A stretch of DNA of 64,000 bases from Candidatus Multivorans sp. (GCA_965247095.1 OZ251997.1:3200001-3264000); one strand, 5' to 3'; positions 18,818-28,656 are shown, counted from the stretch's first letter. Translations and numbers: made by a program. Notes: generated from the letters alone by a model not told the origin.

Positions 18818-19405
18818 CTAGTCTTCGCCACCGTCCAGGATCTCGGCGAGCTTCTCCTCGCTCAGGCCACGCTCCGCAGCCTGCCTGCCAACGCGCCGGC
18901 AGTGCTCGTCGAGCTCGGCCAAGGGCGGCTCGGTCACTTCCAGAACGGCACGGACGATGTCCGGCGCGATCCGAAAGTCGGAGCGAAGGAGCTGCTCGAA
19001 GACGTCGCGAGCGGACTCGATGATCCCCCGCCGGCGGGCCAGCCCGACGATGGCGGCAGTGCCCGCGACCTCCAGTCCTGCGGCCCGCGCTTCCCTTCGA
19101 CCGAGCCGGTCGTCCAGGAGCACCAAAACCGAACCGCGATGCTCGCGCGCGGCGACGATCGTTGACCACTCGCCCTCGCCCAGATGGGGCGGACAGTCCG
19201 GGAGCGGCCGCGCGGCTGCTCTGGACCGAAGCCAACCCTGATCGAAGGCCGCCGCGATCTGGGCTTCCAATCCTCCCCGCTCAAGCTCGTCCCGTACCGC
19301 AGCGGTCATCTCGACCGTCCCGAACAGCTCCCTCAGCCAAACGACTCCGCCGACCCGCGACAGTCCGACCAGGGGGCTCGCGTCGGTCAGGACGAGGCGA
19401 GCCAT
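18818..19405 (-). CDS. DUF3368-family PIN-domain toxin with C-terminal extension
   Basis: LTDASPL, LGEGE, LLDD...GR, GT..I; overlaps the upstream antitoxin. Confidence 0.8.
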   Translation of the reverse strand: MARLVLTDASPLVGLSRVGGVVWLRELFGTVEMTAAVRDELERGGLEAQIAAAFDQGWLRSRAAARPLPDCPPHLGEGEWSTIVAAREHRGSVLVLLDDRLGRREARAAGLEVAGTAAIVGLARRRGIIESARDVFEQLLRSDFRIAPDIVRAVLEVTEPPLAELDEHCRRVGRQAAERGLSEEKLAEILDGGED

Positions 19406-19731
19406 GCCTCGAGCGTCTCGAGGTCCGCCTTGGCGTCGGCCCCGTCTCTCTGGACCACGGCGGCCCCCAGACGCGACAGATGGCTGATCATCTCCACCAC
19501 AGACACTCTGGCCAAACGGGCCGCCCGGCCAAGCGAGATGGACCCGCCCTGAAACAGAGCCGCCGCGAGGGCCAGCAGAACGTCAGGTTTGTCGGGAAGC
19601 TGCTCGAGGTCGAGGTGAAGAAGCAGCGCCTCCGGGTGATCGCCTTTGAGCACGAGGACGGGAGCCTCTGCCGCACTGCGAAGAGCTTCAGAGGGGTTGT
19701 TCTTGAGCTGCCTGACGTTGACGGATCGCAT
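19387..19731 (-). CDS. Antitoxin: Phd/YefM-like N-terminus fused to UPF0175 domain
   Basis: MRSVNVRQLKNNPSEAL...PVLV, then LF..GSISLGRAARLA. Confidence 0.8.
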   Translation of the reverse strand: MRSVNVRQLKNNPSEALRSAAEAPVLVLKGDHPEALLLHLDLEQLPDKPDVLLALAAALFQGGSISLGRAARLARVSVVEMISHLSRLGAAVVQRDGADAKADLETLEAWLASS

Positions 19732-19854
19732 GGGAACGGTGCGCAGGAACGTAACGCAGGAACCGCGATCGGTCAAGTCCTGCGCAACCGGGCACACGCC
19801 CAACTGCTCCCGCGGGGGCCGATCCGTGTAGGCTGGACTGCGGGAGACTTCAAC

Positions 19855-21342
19855 ATGCAGACGATCGAACACCACGTCAACGGAACCACCCACCCGGCCC
19901 GGTCCGGCAGGACACACAGCGTCTTCAACCCCGCCACGGGCGAGCAGACCGCGGCGGTCGGCCTGGCCAGCACGGACGAGGTCGATGCCGCTGTCGCCGC
20001 CGCGGCGGACGCGTTCAGCGGCTGGCGGCGCACGTCGCTGGCGGCGCGCACGAAGCTGATGTACGCCTTCCGGAACCTCGTCGAGGCCCACACGGACGAG
20101 ATCGCCCGGCTGCTGACGAGCCAGCACGGCAAGGTGCTCTCGGACGCGGCGGGCGAAGTGGCCCGCGGGATCGAGAACATCGAGTACGCCTGCGGCCTGG
20201 CCGACCTGCTCAAGGGGAGCTACAACTCCCACGCCTCGACCGGCGTCGACGTCTACTCGGTGCGCCAGCCTCTGGGCGTCGTGGCGGGCATCACACCGTT
20301 CAACTTCCCGGCCATGGTGCCGCTGTGGATGTTCCCGAACGCCGTGGCCTGCGGGAACACCTTCGTGCTGAAGCCCTCGGAGCGGGACCCGTCGGCGCCC
20401 CTCTTCCTGGCGGAACTCTTCGACCGGGCCGGCTTCCCTCCCGGCGTACTCAACGTGGTCAACGGCGACAAGGTGGCGGTCGACCGTCTCCTGACCCACC
20501 CGGATATCGCGGCAGTCAGCTTCGTCGGATCGACGCCGATCGCGCGCTATGTGTACGAGACGGGCACCGGGGCGGGTAAACGGGTCCAGGCGCTCGGCGG
20601 CGCCAAGAACCACATGGTGGTACTGCCCGACGCCGACATCAATCTGGCCGCCGACGCGGCCGTGTCTGCCGCCTACGGCTCAGCCGGCGAGCGCTGCATG
20701 GCGATCTCCGTCGTCGTCGCCGTCGGCGGAGTGGCGGATCCCCTGGTCGAGGCGATCCGGGAGCGGATGGACAAGCTCTCAATCGGCCCCGGCACCGACC
20801 CGAAGTCGGAGATGGGCCCGCTGATCACCCGCGAACACCGCGATCGGGTGGCGGGCTACATCGGGGCCGGCGCCGAGGAGGGCGCCACCGTCGTGGTCGA
20901 CGGCCGGGAGACGGTCTTCGACGGCGACGGCTTCTTCCTGGGGGTGTCCCTGCTCGACCACGTGACCCCGGACATGACCGTCTACCGCGACGAGATCTTC
21001 GGGCCGGTGCTGAGCGTGGTCCGCGCGGACACCTACCGCGAGGCGGTGGACCTCGTCGAGCAGAACCCGTGGGGCAACGGGACCGCGATCTTCACCCGCG
21101 ACGGCGGCGCCGCCCGCCAGTTCCAGGAGGATGCGGACGCCGGCATGGTCGGGGTCAACGTGCCGATCCCGGTGCCGGTCGGCTACCACTCCTTCGGCGG
21201 CTGGAAGCAGTCGCTGTTCGGCGACACCCACATGTACGGGCCCGAGGGCGTCCACTTCTACACGAAGGCGAAGGTCGTCACCTCCCGCTGGCCGGACCCG
21301 GCCGACAGCCAGGTGGACCTGGGGTTCCCGCGGAATCGGTAG
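19855..21342 (+). CDS. mmsA: CoA-acylating (methyl)malonate-semialdehyde dehydrogenase
   Basis: ITPFNFPAMVP, KPSERDP, SFVGST, GAKNH, AGERCMA, EIFGPV, GVNVPIPVP. Confidence 0.93.
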   Translation: MQTIEHHVNGTTHPARSGRTHSVFNPATGEQTAAVGLASTDEVDAAVAAAADAFSGWRRTSLAARTKLMYAFRNLVEAHTDEIARLLTSQHGKVLSDAAGEVARGIENIEYACGLADLLKGSYNSHASTGVDVYSVRQPLGVVAGITPFNFPAMVPLWMFPNAVACGNTFVLKPSERDPSAPLFLAELFDRAGFPPGVLNVVNGDKVAVDRLLTHPDIAAVSFVGSTPIARYVYETGTGAGKRVQALGGAKNHMVVLPDADINLAADAAVSAAYGSAGERCMAISVVVAVGGVADPLVEAIRERMDKLSIGPGTDPKSEMGPLITREHRDRVAGYIGAGAEEGATVVVDGRETVFDGDGFFLGVSLLDHVTPDMTVYRDEIFGPVLSVVRADTYREAVDLVEQNPWGNGTAIFTRDGGAARQFQEDADAGMVGVNVPIPVPVGYHSFGGWKQSLFGDTHMYGPEGVHFYTKAKVVTSRWPDPADSQVDLGFPRNR

Positions 21343-21723
21343 CTACTCGAAGGTCCACTCCTGGGGTTCGGCGCCGTCTTCCGGCCGCGCCTCACGCACC
21401 ACAACAGGTGGCGTCTCTCCCTGCTGGTAGGTGAACACGTACTTCAGGGCTTTCCGGTTCTCTTCGGGGACCGGGTCCACGTGCGTGGCGAGTTCCGGGC
21501 CGTCAAAGACGTTGATCTTGCAGAACTCCTCCCCCCGACACAGGAACTTCCCCATCTGCACCCAGTCCTCCATCTTCGTGTCGGGCTGAATCCAGACGCC
21601 CCAGGCGAGGCCCGTCAGGCCGACCGGATTGAGGGGCGGCGGGGAATCGCCCTGCTGCTGTCCGGTGGCCGCAACGGAGAGGAAGAAGATGGTGCTGATC
21701 GTGACGAGTGCGCGTCGGTTCAT
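21343..21723 (-). CDS. Secreted hypothetical protein
   Basis: MNRRALVTISTIFFLSVAATG signal peptide; ATG overlaps the upstream stop. Confidence 0.65.
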   Translation of the reverse strand: MNRRALVTISTIFFLSVAATGQQQGDSPPPLNPVGLTGLAWGVWIQPDTKMEDWVQMGKFLCRGEEFCKINVFDGPELATHVDPVPEENRKALKYVFTYQQGETPPVVVREARPEDGAEPQEWTFE

Positions 21724-22115
21724 GGCAGGGTCACCTCGAAGAATCGGTCCCATAATGCCATGCGGGCTTCGTGGAGCTTGCTCCCGGCCTCGATCGTCGA
21801 TCCGAACTCGAGGTGCCGTGCCGTGTCCTGCTTGAACTCCGGCCACGCCGGCAGATCCGAGCTGCCCAGCGGGTTCGGGTCCCCGGTCGCGGCGAAGGCG
21901 ACCCAGTAGTCCGACATCGCCCGGGCGAGCTGGTGGTCGGCTTCGGCGTACTCGTAGTCCAGCTTGTCCAGGTTGGCGAAGGCCTCGCCGGCGCTCTCGG
22001 CCGAGCCGTCCTCGGACGAGCGGAGTTCAGGCAGACCGTCGAAGAAGCCGCCGCTCTGGCCGATCACGCGGTGGAGGAGGCCCCGCTGGGGCGGCCGGAA
22101 ACGAAGCTCGCCCAT
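21720..22115 (-). pseudogene. Type-B carboxylesterase remnant made of three joined segments
   Basis: GELRFRPPQ | RGLLHRVIGQSGG...AGEAF | ANL...MSDYWVAFAATGDPN...WP; catalytic GxSAG absent. Confidence 0.8.
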
Positions 22116-22279
22116 CCGTTCTGCACGTAGAGCGAGTCGCCGTGGATCGTCGGCGCCGAGCGCGGGCCGTCGCCCTTGTCCGGGTGAACGTAGAGGGGGC
22201 CGAGCTCCCGCACCCAGACCTCGCCGCCATCGCCGGCCCGCAGACGAAAGACCGCGCTCGTTCTGAACATCGGTCGCAT
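22115..22279 (-). pseudogene. PQQ-binding-like beta-propeller gene fragment
   Basis: AGDGGEVW...GPRSAPTIHGDSLYV resembles a PQQ/BamB repeat; joined to the esterase remnant. Confidence 0.55.
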
Positions 22280-22297
22280 GATCGCCCCTTCATTCAC

Positions 22298-22315
22298 TGG
22301 CTGACGAGCCAGCAT
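22298..22315. promoter_or_regulatory. Candidate operator TGGCTGA-N4-CCAGCAT
   Basis: Imperfect palindrome resembling 26017-26034. Confidence 0.4.
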
Positions 22316-22412
22316 TATGCCGGCCGGCCGCGCAGGTGCCGGATCGTACTGTTTCCTCGCCGACCGTTACAGTGCGGCGCACCAACAGGACTGAGCACGG
22401 AGGAGCACAGCC

Positions 22413-23480
22413 ATGGAATTCTGGACCAAGACCGTCGCCGCACCGACCCGCAGTGCCGAGTTCGCCCTCGAGGCCGAGGACCGGGGCTGGGACGGCATAG
22501 ACGTCGTCGACTCGCAGAACCTCTCCGGCGACCCGTACGTTTTTCTCGCCCTGGCAGCGACGACGACCAAGAAGCTGGGGGTCGCGACTTCGGTGACGAA
22601 CCCGGTCACGCGGCACCCGGCGGCTACGGCATCCTCGGCCCTCTCCGTGCAACTGGTGTCACGGGGCCGGATGGTGCTGGGCATCGGCCGCGGCGACAGC
22701 GCGCTGGCGCACCTCGGCCGGGCGCCCGCCCGCCTGGGATGGTTCGAGAACCACCTCGTCAACCTGCAGGCGTACCTGCGCGGCGAGGAAGTGGCGTTCG
22801 AGGACACGAGCATTGCGGACGAAGCCGCGCCGCTTGCCGAGAAGCTCGGATTGGCGCACGGTCCGTCGGCCAGCGCGATCCGCTGGATCGGCGACGGGCC
22901 TAAGGTGCCGGTCGAGGTCGCGGCCACCGGCCCGAAGGTGATCGGGATCGCCGCCCGGCAGGCCGACCGGGTCATGCTCGCCGTCGGCGCCGACCCGAAA
23001 CGCGTCGCCTGGGGCATCGAGACGGCGCGCCAAGCCGCCGCGGCCGCCGGCCGCGACCCGGACTCGCTCCAGTTCGGCGCCTACGTGAACGTCGTCTGCT
23101 GTGACGACCCGGCAATCGGCCGCGAGCTCGGACGTGCATCCACCGGCCTGTTCGCCCGCTTCTCGGTCATGTACGGGGAGATCGCCGGCCCCGCCGACGA
23201 TCGCCAGGCCGAGGTGTTCCACAAGCTCCACGACAGCTACGACATGAACGCCCACGGCCGGGAGGGCGGTCAGCAGACGACCGCGCTGACCGACGAGTTC
23301 ATCGACGGCTATGCGATCGTCGGCGGGCCTGAGCACTGCGTGGCCCGGATCGAGGCGTTGCTCGAGCTGGGCATCGAGAAGTTCGCCGTCACCGGACCCA
23401 ACTTCGCGGCGCCGAGCCCGCCGGCCCGGGAAGCCGCGGAGCGGTTCACGGACGACGTCCTGCCACTGCTGCGGGGGTAG
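22413..23480 (+). CDS. LLM-class flavin/F420-dependent oxidoreductase
   Basis: VVDSQ, VTNPVTRHP, GRMVLGIGRGDS, AATGPK; RBS GGAGGAG. Confidence 0.88.
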   Translation: MEFWTKTVAAPTRSAEFALEAEDRGWDGIDVVDSQNLSGDPYVFLALAATTTKKLGVATSVTNPVTRHPAATASSALSVQLVSRGRMVLGIGRGDSALAHLGRAPARLGWFENHLVNLQAYLRGEEVAFEDTSIADEAAPLAEKLGLAHGPSASAIRWIGDGPKVPVEVAATGPKVIGIAARQADRVMLAVGADPKRVAWGIETARQAAAAAGRDPDSLQFGAYVNVVCCDDPAIGRELGRASTGLFARFSVMYGEIAGPADDRQAEVFHKLHDSYDMNAHGREGGQQTTALTDEFIDGYAIVGGPEHCVARIEALLELGIEKFAVTGPNFAAPSPPAREAAERFTDDVLPLLRG

Positions 23481-23500
23481 GAGAACGGCCAGCTAGCTGC

Positions 23501-24745
23501 TCACGCGTTCCGTTTGATGTCCCGGAACGGACCCTGGTCGGCGCGGAATCCCTTCGGCATCCCGAGCACGCGCTCGGAGATGATGTTGCGCTGGATCTCG
23601 TCCGTGCCACCGGCGATCGAGATCGCGGGCACGGAGACCAGGACTTCGGCGACGATGCCGTCCGCGGCCGATTCGGGGCCGCTCAGCATCGCGTCCGCGC
23701 CCGAGATCATCGTGTGGACCAGGGACGCCTGCCGCGCGATGACGCTCGCCGCCAACTTGCCGATCGACCCGGCCGGGATGATCTCGGTCGTGCCCGCCTT
23801 TTGCTGCGCCTCCGCGCTGTCGGACGCGAGCGAGGCCCCCCGGGAGAGACAGATCAACTTCGCGATCTCCTGCCGCACGGCCGGATCCGCGATCGCGCCT
23901 GTCGCGCGCGCGCGCGGCAGCACGAGGTCCACCCGGCCCTCACGTTGGGGATACCAGGTGTAGGGCTCGGTCGCGATCCGGAGCTCCTCTTCGTACTCCT
24001 CGTAGATGGGCCCCTGCTTCGGCCCCTGGAGCGAGGAACCCCTGACCCGGCGGCTGAAACCGCGCCGTTCGAACGACAGCGTGGTCGCGGCGACATGCCA
24101 GCCGTTGCCTTCGCCGCCGATCAGGTCCTCGGCCGGCACGGCGGCGTTCGACATGAACACCTCGTTGAACGACTGATGCCCGTTCATCTGCTTGAGCGGC
24201 CGCACCTCGACTCCGGGCTGCCGCATGTCGAGAAGGAAGTAGCTGATCCCCTGGTGCTTCGGCACGTCCCAGTCGCTGCGCGCGACCAGGAGCCCGAAGT
24301 CCGCGTGGTGGGCGCTCGTGTTCCAGACCTTCTGGCCGTTGACGATCCACTTGCCGTCTTTGAACTCGGCACGGGTGCTCAGGCCGGCCAGATCGGAGCC
24401 GCTGCCGGGCTCACTGAAGAGCTGGCACCAGGTGTGTTCGCCGGTCAGGATGGGCCGGAGGAACCGCCGCTTCTGGTCGTCCGACCCGCAGGCGAGGATC
24501 GTCTCCGATGCGAGACCGCGCGGACCCACCTGGGCCGCCGGCACCACGTCCTTCTCCCTGAAGACCTCGGCGACCACCGCGGCCTGGTCGAGCGTGAAGC
24601 CGCGCCCGAACCACTCCTCGGGCCAGTGCGGCGCCGCCCAGCCACCCTCGAGCAGGATGTTCCGCCACTCGATCAGGGGACGATCGGTACGCCAGTTCGC
24701 ATCGAGCCAGGCCGAGACTTCGCGCCGGATCTGTTCCGGGGTCAT
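23501..24745 (-). CDS. Acyl-CoA dehydrogenase family protein
   Basis: WCQLFSEPGSGSDLAGL, NGQKVW, FNEVF, IAGGTDEIQRNII. Confidence 0.92.
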   Translation of the reverse strand: MTPEQIRREVSAWLDANWRTDRPLIEWRNILLEGGWAAPHWPEEWFGRGFTLDQAAVVAEVFREKDVVPAAQVGPRGLASETILACGSDDQKRRFLRPILTGEHTWCQLFSEPGSGSDLAGLSTRAEFKDGKWIVNGQKVWNTSAHHADFGLLVARSDWDVPKHQGISYFLLDMRQPGVEVRPLKQMNGHQSFNEVFMSNAAVPAEDLIGGEGNGWHVAATTLSFERRGFSRRVRGSSLQGPKQGPIYEEYEEELRIATEPYTWYPQREGRVDLVLPRARATGAIADPAVRQEIAKLICLSRGASLASDSAEAQQKAGTTEIIPAGSIGKLAASVIARQASLVHTMISGADAMLSGPESAADGIVAEVLVSVPAISIAGGTDEIQRNIISERVLGMPKGFRADQGPFRDIKRNA

Positions 24746-25842
24746 GCCGCGCCCTGGAGCATCGTCATCATCCGTTCGCGGTGAATCGCCGGCGTCCCGA
24801 GCAGCACCTCGGAACTCTTCGCGCGTTTGAACCAGAGATGGGTGTCGTTCTCCCAGGTGAAGCCGATCCCTCCCCGCAACTGGATGCCGGCTCTCGCGGC
24901 GCTCATGTAGGCGTCGCCGGCCGCGGCCTTGGCCATGCTCGCGGCGTACGGCTCGCCTTCGCCCGCGTCCAGGCAGCGGGCGGAGTGGTAGGTGAGAGAA
25001 CGCGCCAGCTCGATCTCGAGGAGCAGGTCGGCGCAACGGTGCTTGAGCGCCTGGAAGGAGCCGATCGGCCGGCCGAATTGGAACCGCTCCTTCGTGTACG
25101 CCACGGTGGACTCGAAGAGTTGCTGCGCGCCGCCGATCATCTCGTGAGCCAGAGCGGAGCAGATGAGGTCCCAGATCCGGTTCAGGGAGTCCCCGCTCAC
25201 CCGGCCGATCTCCCGGCCAGGAACGTCGACGAATACGACCCGAGACAGCTTGCGCGTCGGGTCGACGACCTGGAGCGGCTCGATCTCGAGACCCGGCGCG
25301 CCGGACTCGACCGCGTAGAGCCCGAGCCCCGAACTCGTCCCGGCTATCACCAGGAGCAGGTCGGCGACGTGGGCGTCGACCACGATCGGCGCCGTCCCCG
25401 AAAGGTGGCCGCCGTCTGTGGCCCGGATCGAACCGCCGACGCCGGCCGGGCTATTCAGATCGTCGATGACCAGCGTCGCGATCACAGGGCCCGCGGCGAT
25501 ACCCGGGAGCAGCTCCGCCCGGGCGGACTCGTCCGCCGCCTCCAGCAGCGCGTTGCCGGCCATCACGACGGACGCGAAGAACGGCCCGCAGAACAGCGTG
25601 CGGCCCATCTCCTCGGCGACGATTCCGAGTTCGACCGGACCGCCGCCGGCGCCTTCGTACATCTCCGGAACGTGGACGCCTGTGAGGCCCGCGTCGCCGC
25701 AGAGTTCCTGCCACACCGCCAGGTCGTAGCCCCGGTCCGAGGCCATCAACTCGCGGACGGCGGTCGTCGGCGACCTGTCCCGCAATGCCCGTGACACGAC
25801 GTCGCGGAGAAGCTGCTGCTCCCTCGAAAACTCCGTCTGCAC
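24742..25842 (-). CDS. Acyl-CoA dehydrogenase family protein (short partner subunit)
   Basis: QFGRPIGSFQALKHRCAD, GGIGFTWE; coupled pair resembles heteromeric ACADs. Confidence 0.9.
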   Translation of the reverse strand: MQTEFSREQQLLRDVVSRALRDRSPTTAVRELMASDRGYDLAVWQELCGDAGLTGVHVPEMYEGAGGGPVELGIVAEEMGRTLFCGPFFASVVMAGNALLEAADESARAELLPGIAAGPVIATLVIDDLNSPAGVGGSIRATDGGHLSGTAPIVVDAHVADLLLVIAGTSSGLGLYAVESGAPGLEIEPLQVVDPTRKLSRVVFVDVPGREIGRVSGDSLNRIWDLICSALAHEMIGGAQQLFESTVAYTKERFQFGRPIGSFQALKHRCADLLLEIELARSLTYHSARCLDAGEGEPYAASMAKAAAGDAYMSAARAGIQLRGGIGFTWENDTHLWFKRAKSSEVLLGTPAIHRERMMTMLQGAA

Positions 25843-26016
25843 GCTCAGGATCCCGGTCAGGGACCGGCGCTTGCCGCTCGGGTCGTAAGAGCAGCGAAAC
25901 GGCGGATCATGGTCGTCTCCTCTTCGGATAGCTCCATACCGGGCAGAGTAGCCGAAGCGTCATCGGCGCCGGAAGCTGTCGGGGATAGAGTCGGCGTCGG
26001 CTCAAGAGCCAACATC

Positions 26017-26034
26017 TTACTGAGTGATCAGCCA
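26017..26034. promoter_or_regulatory. Candidate TetR operator TTACTGA-GTGA-TCAGCCA
   Basis: CTGA-N4-TCAG palindrome 26 bp upstream of the tetR start. Confidence 0.45.
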
Positions 26035-26060
26035 CCATCTTGCTCGATCCAAGTCAGGCA

Positions 26061-26738
26061 ATGCCAGAGTCCAGCCGTTCGAATTCGGAAGCCCTGGGGC
26101 GCGACGCCCGGCGGCCCCGCCGCACCCAGGCTGAACGTCGGGCCGAATCCGAACGCGAGATCCTGCGAGCCGCCGCGGTTCTCTTCGGCCGCCAGGGTTA
26201 CACGGCGACCACACTGGAGCAGATCGGCAGGAAGGCGGGCTACTCGAGCGCCCTCGTGTCGCTGCGCTTCGGCTCCAAGGAGGGAATTGCCGAAGCGATC
26301 GTCACCCGCCTCCAGACCCACGCAGGCAGCGAGGCCTTCGAGCCGGAGGAGGGTGTAGCCGGTATCGCCAGCCTGAACCGTCTGTTCACCGACTACTCCG
26401 AACTGCTCCGCAATGCCGAGCAGTGGATGCGCGCCCTGTTCATGCTGATGACCGACTCCCTCGGGCCCCTGAACGGGAAGATCGACCTCTTTCGCGCCGG
26501 CAACGAGCGCTTCGCCGCCGCGATCGAACAGGCCGTCCGGGAAGGGCAGGAGGCCAGCGAGATCCGGGCCGACCTCGACCCTGCCGGGATCGCATTCGAG
26601 ATTCTCGCCTCGGTGAGGGGAACGACTCTCCTCTGGTTGCTCGAACCGAAGAAGGTCGACGTGGTGGAGTCGATAGAGAACCTCCGCGCCGGTGTCGAGG
26701 ATCGACTCTCGATCCAGGAGCGGCGGCCCCGGGTGTAG
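26061..26738 (+). CDS. TetR/AcrR family regulator
   Basis: RRTQAERR...ILRAA..LF..QGY..TT...I...AG.S...V..RFGSKE HTH. Confidence 0.9.
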   Translation: MPESSRSNSEALGRDARRPRRTQAERRAESEREILRAAAVLFGRQGYTATTLEQIGRKAGYSSALVSLRFGSKEGIAEAIVTRLQTHAGSEAFEPEEGVAGIASLNRLFTDYSELLRNAEQWMRALFMLMTDSLGPLNGKIDLFRAGNERFAAAIEQAVREGQEASEIRADLDPAGIAFEILASVRGTTLLWLLEPKKVDVVESIENLRAGVEDRLSIQERRPRV

Positions 26739-26817
26739 CGTCGCCAGACTCCAACGGAAAGAACTGCTCCCCAAGCCGGTTGCTACGAACGGCGAAACGC
26801 CGCGAAAGGAACACGGT

Positions 26818-28455
26818 ATGCCCCCGAAACCCGAACACACGCAGGCTGTCCAGGTCGCCACCTGGAGCGAACTCGAGGACCGGCAACCCGCCTATGCCCT
26901 GGTGGCGAACGTGGACCTGGTGGTGATCCGGTACGGCGATCAGGTGTCCGTGCTCTACGGCCGGTGCCTTCACCGGGGAGCGTTGCTCTCGGACGGCCAC
27001 ATCCGCGGCGACGACCTGGTCTGCGGCGTCCACAACTGGGACTACCGCTACGACACCGGGGTCAGCTCCTACAACCCGGAGGAGGTCCTGCAGAAGTTCT
27101 CGGCATGCGTCAACACCCACGCCGACGCGGTCTTCGTCGACGAGGCCGAGGTGGCGGCGTGGCACGCCAAATTCCCCCAGCCTTACCAGCGCGACGAGTA
27201 CCTCGGTCTCTACGCCGACGTCCACGGCACGCCTGAGGAGCCGCACAACCGCTACATCCAGGAGTTGGCCAGAAACGGGCTGAAGAACGTCGGCCACCAC
27301 GGGCAGGTCTCGGCCATGGGCGTGCCGCTGACGGAGCTTCCCCGCTGGAACGACATCCAGCTACTGACCGCTCAACTGGCCCGCCGGCCGCTGGCCGACG
27401 ACGATCCGGTGGACACCGAACTGGTCATCGGCCCCCGGGCCCAGAAGCCCTTGCGCCTCCGCATCCCCCTCTTCGTCAGCGACATGAGCTTCGGAGCGCT
27501 GAGCGAGGAGGCCAAGATCGCTCTGGCAAAGGGCGCCGAGATGGCGGGCACCGGCATCTGCTCGGGCGAAGGCGGCATGCTGCCGGAAGAGCAGGAGAGC
27601 AACACCCGCTACTTCTATGAACTCGCCTCCGGCCGGTTCGGTTGGTCGATCGACAAGGTGGCCCGAGTGCAGGCCTTTCACTTCAAGGGCGGACAGGGCG
27701 CCAAGACGGGCACCGGCGGCCACCTCCCTGGCGCCAAGGTAACCGGCAGGATCGCCGAGGTGCGCGGCCTCGAGCCGGGAACCGCGGCGATCAGTCCATC
27801 GCGGTTCCCCGACCTGGTCTCGCCGGAGGACTTCCGCGAGGTGGCCGCCCAGGTCCGTGAGCGAACCGGCGGCATCCCGATCGGTTTCAAGATGTCGGCC
27901 CAGCACATCGAGGACGACATCGACTTCGCTCTGGAGGTCGGGGTCGACTACATCATCCTGGACGGGCGCGGCGGCGCCACAGGAGCGGCGCCGAACATCT
28001 TCAAGGACAACATCTCGGTGCCGACCATCCCGGCCCTGGCCCGCGCACGCCGTCATCTCGACGCGCGTTGCAAGAGCGGCGACGTGACCCTGATCGTCAC
28101 CGGGGGGCTCCGTACGGAGGCCGACTTCGTCAAGGCCCTGGCGCTCGGCGCCGACGGCGTCGCCGTCGCCAACTCGGCCATTCAGGCGATCGGCTGTCTG
28201 GGCATGCGCGCCTGCCACACGAACAACTGCCCCGTCGGCATCGCGACGCAAAGGCCGAACCTGCGCGCCCGGCTGCGAATCGGCTCGTCAGCCCGTCAAC
28301 TGGCCAACTACCTCGAAGCCACGGTCGACCTGATGAAGGTCCTGGCACGAGCCTGCGGCCACGACGATCTTCGCCGGTTCGGCACAGGCGACCTCGTCAC
28401 CTGGAAGCGCGACATGGCGGACCTGGCAGGTGTCCCCTACGCCGGCGTCGGGTGA
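26818..28455 (+). CDS. Rieske 2Fe-2S + FMN-binding glutamate synthase family protein
   Basis: CLHRG...CGVHNW Rieske; SDMSFGALS, SGEGG, GQGAK, DGRGG, GCLGMRACHTNNCPVG. Confidence 0.88.
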   Translation: MPPKPEHTQAVQVATWSELEDRQPAYALVANVDLVVIRYGDQVSVLYGRCLHRGALLSDGHIRGDDLVCGVHNWDYRYDTGVSSYNPEEVLQKFSACVNTHADAVFVDEAEVAAWHAKFPQPYQRDEYLGLYADVHGTPEEPHNRYIQELARNGLKNVGHHGQVSAMGVPLTELPRWNDIQLLTAQLARRPLADDDPVDTELVIGPRAQKPLRLRIPLFVSDMSFGALSEEAKIALAKGAEMAGTGICSGEGGMLPEEQESNTRYFYELASGRFGWSIDKVARVQAFHFKGGQGAKTGTGGHLPGAKVTGRIAEVRGLEPGTAAISPSRFPDLVSPEDFREVAAQVRERTGGIPIGFKMSAQHIEDDIDFALEVGVDYIILDGRGGATGAAPNIFKDNISVPTIPALARARRHLDARCKSGDVTLIVTGGLRTEADFVKALALGADGVAVANSAIQAIGCLGMRACHTNNCPVGIATQRPNLRARLRIGSSARQLANYLEATVDLMKVLARACGHDDLRRFGTGDLVTWKRDMADLAGVPYAGVG

Positions 28456-28460
28456 GGGGA

Positions 28461-28537
28461 TGGCGCACCCTGGAGGATTCGAACCCCCAACCTTCGGATC
28501 CGTAGTCCGACGCTCTATCCAGTTGAGCTAAGGGTGC
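28461..28537 (-). tRNA. tRNA-Arg (ACG)
   Basis: GCACCCTTAGCTCAACTGGATAGAGC...TCGGA-CT-ACG-GA-TCCGA...GGTTCGAATCC...GGGTGCGCCA. Confidence 0.97.
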
Positions 28538-28656
28538 ACTGATCCGCGGCTCCGCGGGAAGTGCGGAACCCTAACAGCTTGTGCTGGGGAAGGGGACCCC
28601 TCGCGGCTCGAAGCCAGCTACAGCCGACCCCCTCGGCAACGCCGTCCAGCCCAGTC

